Shown: piece after piece, positions 40,162 through 56,522 of the stretch
Numbering within the stretch: the stretch's first letter is position 1
Layout: each line of letters opens with the position of its first letter
Origin: Octopus vulgaris
Taxonomy: Eukaryota
Assembly: GCA_951406725.2 (NCBI GenBank)
Contig: OX597816.1
Location: forward strand, 71,858,001-71,922,000
Length of the DNA: 64,000 nt
Direction: 5' to 3'
The notes under the pieces: generated by a model
Seen by the model: the letters and a program-made list of their open reading frames with translations, nothing else
What the model was told of the DNA's origin: nothing
Database searches by the model: none
Position numbers and translations under genes: made by a program

Positions 40162-41808
40162 ATCAACCCCTTTGCATTTAAACTGGCCATACCCAGTCCA
40201 AATAATCTAACCCCTTTATGTTCAGATCAGCCTGGACAAACCTCTCACATTTACCCCAAAATTACATTCAGAAATTGAAAAAATCATGTCAGCAAAATCT
40301 CAAAGCAACGAGATATTCCTTTAGTCCTTTACTTGTTTCAGTCATTTGACTGCAGCCATGCTGGAGCACCACCTTGAAGGGTTTTCATGAAACAAAGTGA
40401 CCCAAGATTTATTTTTTTAAAGCCTATACTATACTTATACTATAGGTCTCTTTTGCCAAACTGCTAAGTTATGGGGACAAAAACACACCAACATTGGTTG
40501 TCAAGTGGTGATGGGAGGGCAAACACAGACACAAAGATATGCACATATAGATATATACATACATACATGGTCTGATCCATAAGTATCCAAACTGTTGCTA
40601 TAGTAATGAAGCTAAAATACACAGAGTGAAGCTGCTTGGCACAGATTGACCGAGAACTCTACTGTGCATATGCACTAAGTTTTAACATTCTAGCTCACTT
40701 CTGCTTTTTACAGCAGTGCTTGGAAGGAATGTGTGTAGCATGTGACCATCGCATTGACCATAACAGAGAAAGTTGAACAGAGAATCTGCATCAAATTTTG
40801 CCGAAAGCTTGGCGATACCTACTCAGAGGCCTATGCAAAGTTTTCAAAAAGTTTTCATCATTCTCAACTCAATCAAGGAGATCTTGTGCAACTGAAACCC
40901 TTGTGTCTCTTTCGTTAGCTAAAAGTAGTTTTGGCACAAACTTGGCAGACACGCGTCTCTTACTCAAATCTTCAGTAACTGAACTGAACTGTAACTAACT
41001 TGATAACACACAAATGGTGATTTGATGATTTCTCCTCAGAGTTGCACACACATTTGCGATGTTTTTCTCAGTTCTGCTGGTTGCGGGTCTCCAAGAACGT
41101 ACGTCAATATCAGCATTTTTCCGGCCATCTTGGAAATGTCTGAACCACTTGTACACTTCTGTGTGGCTCATACACCCCTCTCTGTACGCTTTCTGCAACT
41201 TCATGTAGGCTTCTGAGCAGGTATCGCCATGACAACTTTCTCTAGTATGGTCAATGTGACAATCACACACTACACACCTTCCTTCCAAGCACTGCTGTAA
41301 GCAGCAGAAGTGAGCTAAAATATTAAACTTAGTGCACATGCACAGCAGAGTTCAAGGTCAGTCTTTGCCAAGCAGCTTCACCATGCGTGCTTTAGCTTCG
41401 TTACTAAGGTAACAGTCTGGATACTTATTGATCAGGCCCCGTATGTATGTAGTCATGATAGATTGTTAGCCACTACACACATTTTTTTCTCTCCTTGTTT
41501 TTTCTGTGTACCTTTCTGTTGAAGAGCATAGGCTCGAAACGTAAAAGACTTTTTCTATTCCTGAGCGTTATACTAATACATCTGTTTGTTTTGTACACCA
41601 CCTGTCTTCGTCTTTTGTTTTTTTTCATAAACTTTCCCTACATATATATATATGGTGCTATGCAGTGGGACTGAATCCAGAACCATGTGGTTGGGAAGCA
41701 AGCTTCTTACCTCGCAGCCACATCTGCGCCTAATGCATGATTATTCAAAACAATATAAAAAAAAAATGCATTATATTTGACAGAGTAATCTGAATGCTAA
41801 AGGGTTAA
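40162..41808. mobile_element. piggyBac-like MITE split by nested insertions
   Basis: Left end (TCAA)CCCCTTTGCATTT, right end AATGCTAAAGGG(TTAA). The interior holds a minus-strand SINE B split at about 40540/41653. Confidence 0.5.
40566..41441. mobile_element. Mariner-derived element built from two inverted 5' ends
   Basis: Inverted arms of about 270 bp, TA-flanked. Plus arm encodes EKVEQRICIKFCRKLGDTYSEAY; minus arm encodes GDTCSEAYMKLQKAYREGCMSHTEVYKWFRHFQDGR...RRVSAKFVPKLL. Confidence 0.85.
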
Positions 41809-41945
41809 CCACCAAAAATCACATGTAGTAAAGGACATGTAGCAAGGGACATGTAGTAAGGATGACATCAGATTATTATGATGATTTTTTAATATATATA
41901 TTTAAGAGCATTACTATACATAAATGCCTCACGCTATGAGGGACT

Positions 41946-42250
41946 CCTAAAGTTAAAACAGATGACTATGTCTGCCATGTCTGTGGAAAAATTCATCGTT
42001 CTTGAAGTGGCTTGACTGGACACTGTAATTCTCACAGTAATTTTTCTCATCGGCACCATAAGGGTCACAGTATTCATTTTCAGTGTCATATTTGTGAGAA
42101 AACATGCAGCTCTGGGACTGGACTTAAGAGCCACTTATGTGTCCATGGCTGGGTACTTATCGATGACTTTTGAAGAGTTGGCAATATTCTGAAAAGAAGC
42201 TGCTATCGTCATCATTGTTGTCATTGCCGTCGTCATCATCATCATCATCA
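41946..42250 (+). pseudogene. Two C2H2 zinc fingers, probable 3' end of an RTE/BovB-type LINE ORF
   Basis: Frame 41946-42173: YVCHVCGKIHRS*SGLTGHCNSH...FQCHICEKTCSSGTGLKSHLCVH, with an internal stop at 42003, no TGEKP linker, and a short UTR plus (CAT)n tract after it. Confidence 0.65.
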
Positions 42251-42454
42251 TCTTCTTCATCATTTAACATCCGTTTTCCATCCTATGTACATATATATAC
42301 AATTTTAAAATAGGATAAAATATTTATAAGAATTTATCAAGTAGTTAGCATGAAAAGCCTCATAAGGGAACAATTTAGTAATTATTCCCTTTAAATAAAT
42401 TTATATATATTTAAGGGCATTACTATACATAAATGCCTCACGCTATGAGGGACT

Positions 42455-42594
<140 letters not shown>

Positions 42595-42628
42595 ATATAT
42601 ATATATACATACATACATATATATATAT

Positions 42629-42659
<31 letters not shown>

Positions 42660-42770
42660 CATACATACATATATATATATATCAACCTATGCCAGCATAG
42701 AAAACGAATGTTAAAGGATGATGATGATGACAACGATGATCATGATGATATATATATATATATATATATA

Positions 42771-42813
<43 letters not shown>

Positions 42814-43745
42814 CACAGAAACATACTTACAGGGCTACTACAGTGTTCGAGAAAGTATTACATCTGGTCACGTTGTCAAGATGTTGTCTGCTGGTCCTAC
42901 TGACCGATCCGGGTTAATGGTTCACATCCTGTTACCAATACTGCCCCCCCTCCACCTCCCCCCCGGTTGTCCTTCATCTTTCTGTGACATTGACATTTAA
43001 TATTTCCCTGGCTTATGTCACATAACCCCCCCCCCGCTCCCCATGTCAAATTCACATAATGGCAAACACTTAGATAAAGCAATTCTGAGATTACTATATA
43101 GTGGTTGTTGTTGTTGTCGTTGTTGCTGCTGCTGCTGTTGTTGTTATTGTCGTTGTTGCTGTTGTTGTTGTTGTTGATACAGTTGTTACTGCTGCTGCTG
43201 TTGTTGTTGTTGTTGCTGTTGCTGTTGCATGTCCCCCATAGCTTATGGTTCGCCAAAAGAGACTGACAGAATAAGTACCAGGCTTATTCTTTCTAGTGAG
43301 TTTAAAATTTCATCTAGGTTTCAACTTCATCTTTTCACCTTGGTCCAACCCATGCCAGCATGGAAAACAGACATTAAATGATGATAATGATGATGATGGC
43401 AGTGGTGGTCGTTGTTTATGAATTACATATGTGAAGGGCACTGTTATTGTGCTTCCTCGGTGAGCCCATTCTTGAAAATATAATTGTACGCCATAATTTG
43501 GTCTATCAGCTGAGAGGAGTAACCCTCCAAGATGACTCTTATACTGCAGGTAACTTTTAGACATGATTATCCATCTCCTATGGACAATTTCCCACCCTAA
43601 GTCCAGTTTTTGTTGTAATGTGGTGGCTCATATGCCTCACTCATCTTGAGGGTTACACCAGTGAAGCACAAGCTCCCAGTGAGGCAGCGCATGTTGTGGA
43701 TTTAGTAGATGGAAACTGAAAGAAGCCCATATATATATATATATA

Positions 43746-44066
43746 TAAGCAACAAGGATATTCAAGGTAGAGTAGTACAATTGTTTCATGCTACTTCATT
43801 TTATTAAACACTGTAAGTATTACATCAGTTTTAAAATGTCGAGCAATCTTCAGCCACATGATTGCTCAACATTTTAAAACTGATGTAATACTTACAGTGT
43901 TTAATAAAATGAAGTAGCATGAAACAATTGTACTACACTACCTTGGATATCCTTGTTGCTTATTTTGATTATAATCACCCCATTTGATTTATATATAATA
44001 CCATACAAAATTCTGGTGCCTTCAACTTAAGTACCATATTCATCTGAATCTAAATTTTGCTGAACT

Positions 44067-44068
<2 letters not shown>
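43746..44068. repeat. Foldback (43746-43962) of the 8.4-kb-locus hammerhead repeat family
   Basis: Arms 43746-43848 and 43860-43962 are nearly perfect. Minus 43772-43857 reads GUGG CUGAAGA UUGCU [long loop] AGCAU GAA AC-AAUU-GU A CUAC. Confidence 0.85.
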
Positions 44069-44097
<29 letters not shown>

Positions 44098-45647
44098 TTA
44101 TGTGTGTATTTGCATGTCTGTATTTGTCTCCCACACCATCGCTTGACAACCGATGTTGGTGTATTTACGACCCTGCAACTTAGCAGTTTGGCAAAAGGGA
44201 CTGATAGAATAATTACCAGGCTTACAAAGAATAAGTCCTGTGGTTGATTTCTTTCACTAATGGCGGTGCTCAGCATGGCCGCAGTCAAATGAGTGAAACA
44301 AGTAAAAGAATGTATATATATATATGCGTAGGAGTGGCTGTGTGGTAAGTAGCTTACATACCAACCACATGGTTCCAAGTTCAGTCCCACTGCGTGGCAC
44401 CTTGGGCAAGTGTCTTCTACTATAGCCTCGGGCTGACCAAAGCCATGTGAGTGGATTTGTTAGATGGAAACTGAAAGAAGCCCGTCGTACATATATATGT
44501 GTGTGAATATGTTTGTGTGTTTGTGTTTGTCCCCCCAACATCACTTGACAACCGATGCTGGTGTGTTTACATCCCCATAACCTAGCGGTTTAGCAAAACA
44601 GACCAACAGAATAAGTACTAGGCTTACAAAGAATAAGTCCTGGGGTCGATTTGCTCGACTAAAGGTGGTGCTCCAGCATGGGCACAATAAAATGACTGAA
44701 ACAAGTAAAAGAGTATATATATACATACATATATATATATATATATATGTATGTATATATGTACATATGTATGTATATATGTATATATGTATGTATGTAT
44801 ATATGTATGTATATATGTACATATGTATATATGTACATATGTATGTATGTATATATGTATGTATGTATATATGTACATGTGTGTGTGTGTGTGTATGTAT
44901 AAAAATAGATGTCAAGAGCTCAGCTGTTATAAATCCCATTTAAGACCACTTGATAGGTCAGACACCAAAGCCCCAGCACTGAATATAAGGAGACAAGTTA
45001 AGGCATAACACTTCGTCATATATTTAAATATCTACAATAATAATGGAGGCCATCCCCTTCTTACAGCCACAACCTGGTGACTATATACTTTCCTTTAACT
45101 CTGCTCTCTCTCTCTCTCTCATGCACTCACAATCATACACACACACACACACACACCAAAAGACTTTCTGTGCTGCTGTTTCCCATGAAATTCTTCAAAA
45201 GCCTTTATCATGTTTCACATATCATAATTTGGGTTCTTGTCACCCTTACTCTGTCTGTCACATCCCCAACCAAGCCAGCAACTATATATTCCACCATTTT
45301 TTTTTTTTTTTTTTTTTTTTTTGTACTTGTTCTTTTTTCCATCCTGCATCTTCTATGTGTCTGATTTTGGCACTTTTATTTAGAGAAATTCCCTAAGTAA
45401 TTCAAATCTGCCTGTCACCACATCTGCCGCTTGACGGATTTACTTGCAGACATTTCACTGCTTCCACCATCTCTTTCTCTTTACACACACACACACATAC
45501 ACATATGCATACATACACACACACATACACATGCATACACAGATACATACACACACAAGTACACACACACATACACAAACACAAACACACATACACATGC
45601 ATACACACACATGCACAAACAAGTACACACACAAGCACACAAACACA

Positions 45648-46598
45648 CTTGGGCCCTTGTTGTTCTTAGTCTTCATAAATGACTTGCCCGACGACCTCAC
45701 GCAACACACCCTTCTATTTGCCGACGATATCAAACTGGTTGCTCCTCGCGGTAGTATAGAGGATCTTCGTCGATGCCTCCACCAAATTTGGAAGTGGTCT
45801 AACGATTGGGACCTGTGTCTGAACGTGTCAAAGTGCTGTCATCTGCCTGTCGGCTCTACTCCTGCAACTCAACTTGATTTCGAGCCGGGTCGTCTGCTGC
45901 TGGAGAGGACCGATCAGGTAAAGGACCTGGGTATCTTGCTGGATTCCTCCTTTTCGCCTTCGGCCCAGTGCGTCCATGCTGCCAACAAAGCGCGCGGAAT
46001 TCTGTTTTTGATTCGACGGTCATTCGGAATGCTCACAGCAGCCATATTCCTGCCACTCTGTCACGCTGGTGAGACCCATATTGGAGTATGGGATTCAAGC
46101 CTCTTCTCCTTATCTCCTCAAAGACATACAGCACCTCGAAAGAGTCCAGAGGCTGGCTACCCGCATGGTTCATGGTCTCAAAAATTTGTCCTACGAAGAA
46201 AGGCTGAGGACGCTCGACCTTTGTTCTCTTGAAAAACGCCGCCGCCGTGGTGATCTCATTCTCGCCCACAACATCATAAGCGGGAAGTGTAACCTCTCGA
46301 AAGAGCTGTTCTTCACTCCTGCTCCAGAGCGTCGGCTGCGGGGTCATTCCGAAAAGCTCTACCTGCGACGATTTCATCTCAATCGAAGGAGAGGAGCTTT
46401 CTCCGTCCGGGTTGCGGATCCGTGGAACAAGCTGCCAGACGAGATGGTGAAGATGCCGACGACCGCTTTGTTCAAAGCCTCCCTGGACCTCAAGTGGCCT
46501 GAACTCTTTACATGAACACCACCCTGTACTTAACTCCATGTCCCCCTACATGGCCTTGCTATTTGCTTTTGAGCCAAATTAACTAACTAACTAACTAA
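45648..46598 (+). mobile_element. CR1-clade LINE, 5'-truncated RT fragment
   Basis: [29 protein letters not shown], frameshift near 46060, then VRPILEY, LERVQRLATR, LSYEERL, RLRGH, FSVRVADPWNKLP; stop at 46515; (CTAA)n tail. Confidence 0.93.
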
Positions 46599-47678
46599 CA
46601 CACACATACACACTCATGTGTGTGTGTTTGTGTGTGTGTGTGTTTGTATGTAGTTGTCCCCCTACCATCGCTTGACAACCGATGTTGGTTTGAACTTAGC
46701 TGTGCTTGAGAAGACTCATCAAGCCAAGTGAAATCATAGCTGTGGCTGATGCTGGTGTCACATAACTGGCACCCATGCTGGTGGCACATAAAAAACACCT
46801 TTTGAGCATGTGTTGGGTCTAATAGGGGCAATGACCAAGACCTTTAGTATTATATTGTGCTTGAGAAGAAGACCCACCGAGCCAAGTAAGATCACAGTCA
46901 TGGCAGATACCAGTGTCACACAAATGGCATCTGTGCCAGTGACACATAAAGCACCCATTACCCTCTCAGAGTGGTTGGCATTAGGAACGGCACCCAGCCA
47001 TAGAAACCATGCCAAATCAGACTGAAGGCTGGTGCAGCCTTCCAGCTTGCCAGCCCTGGTCAAACCACCCAACTCATACCAGCATGGACAACAGACGCTA
47101 AATGATGATAATGATGATATATATATACATATATATATATATATATTTATTTATTTATTTAGATAAGCGCAGGAGTGGTTGTGTGGTAAGAAGCTCGGTT
47201 CCCAACCACATGGTTCCAGGTTCAGTCCACCTATGTGGCACCTTGGGCAAGTCTTCTACTAGAGCCTTGGACCGACCGAAGCCTTGTGAGTGGATTTGGT
47301 AGACGGAAACCGAAAGAAGCCTGTCGTATATGTGTGTGTGTGTGTGTATCTGTGTTTGTCCCCCACCATCGCTTGACAACCAATGTTGGTGCGTTTAGGT
47401 TCCCGTAACTTAGTGGATTGGGAAAAGAGACCGATAGATTAAGTACTAGGCTTACAAAAAATAAGTCCTGGGGTCAATTTGTTTGACTAAAGGCTGTGCT
47501 CCAGCATGGCCAAAGACATATGACTGAAGCAAATAAAAGAATGTATGTATATGAGTATATATATATATATATACCGGAGTAAACACATAAATGTGAAACA
47601 AGGTGAAAAAAAAGAGTACTCAAATACCAGTGGTAGAGTAATATGCTTTATTTAAAGCAGCAGAAAATTCAACAAAAT

Positions 47679-47716
47679 CTGTTACTCTGAGTTTCTCGTT
47701 GCCGTTCATCAGACAG
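47679..47716 (-). ncRNA. Compact type I hammerhead-like motif
   Basis: CUGU CUGAUGA ACG-GCAA-CGA GAA ACUC-A-GAGU A ACAG: intact boxes, GNRA loop II, one A.A mismatch closing stem II. Confidence 0.65.
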
Positions 47717-48376
47717 TTTTTGCTAGCAAAAGGTGCCATGCAGTGGGACTGAACACAAGACCACCCGGTAAGGAAGCAAGCTTCTTTACCACACAGGCTA
47801 TGAGTAAATGAATTTGTCACTAGTTACTGAAAGCAGCTAGACAAGTAGACAGACCATTTGAAAAGCCAGTGCCGTGGGGGGCGGGGCTTATGAAAAATTT
47901 CATGTGAATAAAAAAAGGGACTTGAGAGGATAAAGGAATTGAGAAATATTCATCTTAATTCATTGCTCAATTTAACATGATCCCCATTTGCTGGCCTTTG
48001 AAGGTCTTTAACAGATCCAATTTGCTCTCAGACATGCAGACCAGATGGCTGCTGTCTGGTTAAATAACATCATTATCGTGACGTACGAATGCTTCCTACA
48101 ACAGTCGTTCATGAATCAGGGTTTATTCTTCACTTCCTCCTACAAGTCTCCTTTATCCAAAGGTCATGGATGCTGTGACTAAGCCAAAATAACAACAATA
48201 ACAACAACAATAATAAAAACCCTTTCTACAATAAGCACAAGGCCTGAAATTTTGAAGAGGGGAAAAGTTGATTACATTGACCCCAGAGCTCAGCTGGTAC
48301 TTATTTTATAGACCCCAAAAGAATGAAAGGCAAAGATGACCTCGGAGTGATTCGAACTCAGAAGATAAGGATAGAC

Positions 48377-48426
<50 letters not shown>

Positions 48427-48427
<1 letters not shown>

Positions 48428-48775
48428 GAGCAGAAGTAGTAGGGGAGCATCATAGCCATGTGTTGAGAGGGTTTCTTTGGGGTTTGAATAATTCACCTCT
48501 GGAAACATGGGTGCTTCATTCAACATCCTTAAACAACCCTTATTCAGGGACCTTTTGAGTGGGATGGGTTACTCGACCAGAAGAAAATTCTAACTGGGCG
48601 CCACCTGCAAGGTCATGTGCTGTTTATCTTGATTTGAGATCACCATGTCACGCACATATGGTTGTGATGCATGTGCCTGGTGTACCCTTATCAGACAGGT
48701 AGTCATGATGGGTATACTGGGCTTCGTATATTTTACCCCAATGTTACTTTGATGGCATGCACTGCTCTCTCACTC

Positions 48776-48803
<28 letters not shown>
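48427..48803 (+). mobile_element. Probable retroposon 3' end with (AAT)n tail
   Basis: Block of about 350 bp with higher GC, embedded between (AAT)n tracts; no ORF. Family not identified. Confidence 0.4.
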
Positions 48804-48806
<3 letters not shown>

Positions 48807-49410
48807 GGGCAAGTAATAAGAAGCACAAGAGAGGCTGTCTGATAAGATGCTAGTTTCGTAACCATATAGCTCCAGGTTCAGTTGCACAGGCATGGTACCT
48901 TGGACACATGTCTCCTACTGTAGCCTCAGACCAACCTATGGGTTTGTGAATGGATTTAGTAGATGGAAACTGAAAGAAGCCCATCTTGTGTGTGTGTGCA
49001 TGTGCATGCATGTTTGTGTCTGTGTTTGTTCCCCGTCACAACTTGACATCAGGTGTTGGGGTGTTTACATCCTCATAGCTCAGTGGTTTGGCAAAAGAGA
49101 GCGAGAGAATAAGTACCAGGCTTTACAAAAACAATAAGTCCTGGAGTGGGTCGATTTTGCACCAGGCTCCAATCTGAAAGTCTGCCAGATCAGATTGGAG
49201 CCTGGTGCAGCCATCTAGTTCATCAGACGTCAGTCAGATCATCCAACCCATGCTAGCATGGAAAGCAGACGTTAAATGATGATGATGATGAAAAATTCTT
49301 CAAGGCAGTGCTCCAGCATGGCCACAGTCTAACGACTAAAACAGACGAATGATAAAAGATGAAAGATAAAATAAAACAAAGAAGTTAAAGACAAACTAAT
49401 CTGTATACCG

Positions 49411-49808
49411 ATTTCTTTACTACCCACAAGGGGCTAAACACAGAGGAGACAAACGGATTAAGTCAATTATATTGACACCAGTGCATAACTGGTACTTATT
49501 TAATTGACCCCGAAAGGATGAGAGGCAAAGTCAACCTCGGTGGAATTTGAACTCAGAATATAACGGTAGACGAAATACCTATTTCTTTACTACCCACAAG
49601 GGGCTAAACACAGAGGAGACAAACAAGGACAGAGAGACGGATTAAGTTGATTATATCGACCCCAGTGCGTAACTGGTACTTATTTAATCGACCCCGAAAG
49701 GATGAAAGACAAACTCGACCTCGGCAGAATTTGAACTCAGAACGTAACGGCAGATTTAATACTGCTAAGCATTTCGGCCAGCGTGCTAACAAGTCTGCCA
49801 GTTCGCCT
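49411..49808 (-). mobile_element. SINE family A, internally duplicated form
   Basis: ATTTCTTTACTACCCACAAGGGGCTAAACACAGAGG starts at both 49411 and 49581. Confidence 0.85.
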
Positions 49809-50129
49809 AACTAATCTGTATACCACTTCCCAGCTAAGTCCACCTGGTACACCTGTCTGCTTTCCTCAATGAGTCACACTCTGGAGACAATGCACCAAAG
49901 ATTTTGTCCAATCATTTCCTATTCAGAACACTCTCCCTACCAAGCCACTCACAAATCTATGGACCATTCCTGTGAACATTGACCTACAGAAGATCAAGCT
50001 GAACATCAATCATAACCAATCTCAACCAGTCTGGAAGTCCCTGAAAAGGTAAAGGTCATCAGAGCTTCCCACCTGCCTTCTCTTCTGCTCGCAGACAACG
50101 ATAAGGAAAAAAGAAAACATATTGAATAT

Positions 50130-52320
<2,191 letters not shown>

Positions 52321-52404
52321 GTGGGTGTTAGGATTACTAAAGTGGTCTTTCAATATCAGAAATCAATCACCGTTCTAACCATCAATAATATTCAGTATTT
52401 GTGT

Positions 52405-53022
52405 GATGGTAAGGTGGTAGTGGTGGGGGAGGGGTAGTAACAGCGGCTGTGATGATTTTGGTGGTGGTGGTGTCGATGGTGGTCGTAGTTGTCTTGGTGT
52501 TGATGGTAGTGATGGTGATGATGGTGATGGGGTATGCTAATAGTGGCGCACTTGTGACGATGGTGGTGGTGGTGATGGTGATAATGTTGATGTCGATGGC
52601 TGGGACGGAGGGTAATAGTAATAGGGGTGGTGATTATGATGATGATGGTGGTGGTGGTGGTGGGTGGTGGTGGTGATAGAAGTGACTGTGATGGTAGTGG
52701 TGCTGTCTGTGGTGATGGCTACAGTTTTGGTGGAGGTGGCAATAGTGTTAGTGGTGGTGGTGGTGGTCGTGATGGTGTGGTGGTGGTGGTGCTGGTGGCA
52801 GTGGTGGTCGTGGTGGTGCTGGCGGCAGTGGTAGTGGTGGTGCTGGTGATCGTGGTGGTGGCGGTGGTCGTGGTGGTGGTGGTGGTTCAGATGTCTACAG
52901 TTCTACAATGGTCGCTGCAGCAACAGCAGTGAAGGTGGTGTTGGCCGCAGTGACAGCAGTGATGAGAGTAGTAGTAGCAGTTTCACTCATTGCTGGTGGC
53001 GGTTGTGGTGGCAGTGGTGATG
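52405..53022. repeat. (GGT/GAT)n low-complexity tract
   Basis: Trinucleotide repeats; similar tracts at 55788-56092 and 60010-60172. Confidence 0.9.
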
Positions 53023-53384
53023 ACACAAGTGGGAGATGGGGTTGTCGGGGAGATCACCGATTAAATTTATTTTATCTTCACATGTTTGCTTGCTTCGTTG
53101 TAGGAATCAATAGCATTTTGCCTCCGAGGGAATGGCAGGAGGTTGGTACAGAGAGGTCCTCGGGTGGGATGAGGGTGAGATGAGGGTGGATGATCTGTTG
53201 ATTGTTGTGTGTGACAAAATCTTAATGGTCTTGACATACAGACTCATATTGCACTTGACATTTACAAATGGTTACTTTATGGGTTTGGTGTGTTTCTCTG
53301 TGTGTGTGTGAGAGAGAGAGAGTGTGTGTGCGTGTGTGTGCATGTGTATATGCATGTATGTGTGTATACATATATGTATGTGTT

Positions 53385-53430
<46 letters not shown>

Positions 53431-56400
53431 CTTATATATATATGCATATATATATAGAGAGAGATAGAGACATACATATTTACGTATATATATATATATA
53501 TATTGAGTGAGAGAGAGAGACGTATACATATTTATGTATATATACGTATGTGTGTGTGTATGTATATGCATATCTTGATATATACATATATATTTACACA
53601 CATAAGCTCACACACACTTATATGCATACATCATTTTTTGCTTTACTTCTATTTTTCCATGGTAGCATGAGTTAGAATGAATGAACAAATGATGGAACAG
53701 ATGAGGAAGCTGTGTATTTCCCTCTTCAACAAGAAACCTGCTTTGGTCCCTCTCCCTTTATCATATTTTCATATCTCTCAATACCATACACAACTCAGTT
53801 GAGGGGTCATGTCTTGCAAGCACGTGAGGACATCAGCAATGCTGATGTCATGTAGAAAAAGTACCTGGTACACTCTGTCAGTGGTTGGTGTAAAGAAGGG
53901 CTTCCCACCTTAAAGGCCACAGTAAAGCAAGCATTGGAGTTCAACACAGCTCCCTGGTTCATTGTACAAGTGGAACTAACCAGACCCATGCCAGCATGAA
54001 AAACAGAATGGTATATGACAAGGTGGAAGAGGAGGGAGGGTGTGTGTGTGCACATGCACATGCATGTGTGCACATGTGTGTGTGTTCATATAAATATTGA
54101 GATAGATAGATAGATAGATAGATAGATGGTTGGATAAACAGACAGACAGAAGGCAGGCAGGCAAGTAGACAGACAAACAAACAGATAGACAGACAGACAG
54201 ATAGATAGATAGGTAGATAAATAGACAAACAGACAGACAGACAAATAGACAGATAGATGGTCAGATAGACAGACAGACATACATACATATAAATGGATCG
54301 ATAGATAGATAGATATGCATACCAACATACATACATACATATATATATATATATATGTGATTTTGGAAAAGCTAAAGAATCAGCCACTGCTAATCGAAGT
54401 TTCTCATTTTGCACAGTCATTTTGTTGTGTGAACCCACACATATAGCAAGAGAATATGTGTAACAATGGTAGGAATTATCAATATGTTCCAAATAAACCC
54501 TTGTAAAGAAATTTGGCTTTGAATATTTATCAAAGAATTATATGTCTCTCTGTTTAGAATGATTTACCATAAATATACTTATGAAAGTGCTCAGTACCAA
54601 AAACCAACACTTTTAGCTGATGTTTTTTTTTTGTTTTTTTTTGCATTTGGTTCCATTTATGTTCTGTTGGAGTCTTTGATATGGATGCGATATGTAATTA
54701 CGTGGTCTGTTTGTTGTCAAGTTCCATGAAATTGGGATTCTGCTTACATCCACTGATATAAATACAAGGTCTTGTTATATCAAAGTAGCCCAACTCTAGC
54801 AAGATGCAAACAACTTGTTTTATAAATTCGGATGTTTTTTGGTTCTAGCTTGTGTCTATTGCTATACAATTTGATCCTCTTTGTAAGCTCGCTTGAGAGG
54901 TTAATTCATTCCTCTGGCGGAAGAACAGAAATAAATCTGGGACTCTTCAGAAGCTGATTTCACTCTGAAAAACGATTACAGGTAAGTTCAGTGCCATCAA
55001 TTCACCATGAGGAAAGTTCACCATCTCAACATTAATAATTAAAAACAATTTTTTTAAAAAAACAGTAAATTGATGACGGTTAATTTACCAGGCAAGCTGA
55101 AAAAGATTCTGTAGAAAGCAAATCTGTCTCTTGGACTGTTTAACCCTTTTGTTACTGTATCTATTTTGAGATGCTCTATGTTTCTTTCAATTAATTTTAA
55201 ATATAACAAAGAATTTAGTAAAATAAGTTAGTTATCATTCAGCTAGTGTTAGAAACATAAATAAGAGGGGTGTACTGTTTCACTATGCAAAATTAATTAA
55301 ATCACAAATCTTAAGGGAAAACTTTTGTTATACCCCAGTACAACAACCACTATACACCTCTGCTAAAAAGCTTTTTCTGCACAGCCATCAGAGTGAAATA
55401 CTTAGCACATGGCATCCTGACAGTGACTTCATCAACTGTGATTAGTAGACTGTGTCTAACAGCACTCCATGTTTATTCCTCTTACCACTATCTTCAACAG
55501 AGGTTCTTAACATGGATTGCAGGACCCACTTTGGGTCGTTATGAACTTCACAAGTGGCTGGCAAATGTCAAGAGGGGGCTATAAGGAGGCTGGATGTTTA
55601 CAAGGGATGTGATTTTTTCCTAGGAACGAAATATTTAAACCAGATGCAATCTTATCTTTTATCTTTTGTCTTTTACTTGTTTCAGGCATTAAGCTGTGGC
55701 CATGCTGGGGCACTTGTCTTGAAGAGTTTTTAGTTGAATGAATTGACCCAAGTATTTTTTTTCTTTTAAGCCTGGTACTTATTCTATGGTGATGATGATG
55801 ATAATGATGACGATGATGATGACGATGATGGTGATGATGATGACAATGGTGATGACAATGATGATTGTGGTGGTGGTGGTGGTGGTGATGAAGATGATGA
55901 CAGTGGTGGTGGTGGTGATAACAATGATGACGGTGGTGGTGATGACGATGATGACGGTGGTGGTGGTGGTGGTGGTGATGACGATGATGACGGTGGTGGT
56001 GGTGGTGATGATGATGACGATAATGATGATGATGATTATGATGTGGTGATGGTGGTGACGATGACAATGGTGATGATGATGATGATGATGCTGAAATGAC
56101 GGTGGTGATTTTGTCAGGATCAAAATATGAGTAGAACCACCATGTTATCGAAGAGCAGAGACATGGACTGCTGCTGCTGCTCTGAGGTAGAATAGGATTC
56201 TGTCAAAGAAGTCTTCATTTCTTTAGTAATTACCATATAAATTCTAACAGAGATGCCACACATCCACGCAGATGTCCAAAAAGTGATGCTGGATGGAGGA
56301 AATGCTAGCAAAGAAGACGTGGATAACAAACCAATGCACAAAATGTGCTTCGGTTCCATTAAAAATAATCCGTTTTCTTATTGTTTCTTTTTTGTGTATC

Positions 56401-56475
56401 TGTTTCTCTCTTTCTCTCCCTCTCACTCTCTCCTTTTCTCTTTCTCTCTCTCACTCTGTCTCTGTCTGTTCGTCA

Positions 56476-56519
<44 letters not shown>

Positions 56520-56522
<3 letters not shown>

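Noticed and set aside
42833-43000. Possible exon [22 protein letters not shown]...
   Set aside because: The acceptor lacks a pyrimidine tract, the frame runs into poly-C low complexity, and I recognise no homology.
56120-56359. 79-aa minus ORF with a signal-peptide-like start (MEPKHILCIGLL)
   Set aside because: Overlapping ORFs of similar length on both strands and no family motif; cannot be supported without expression data.
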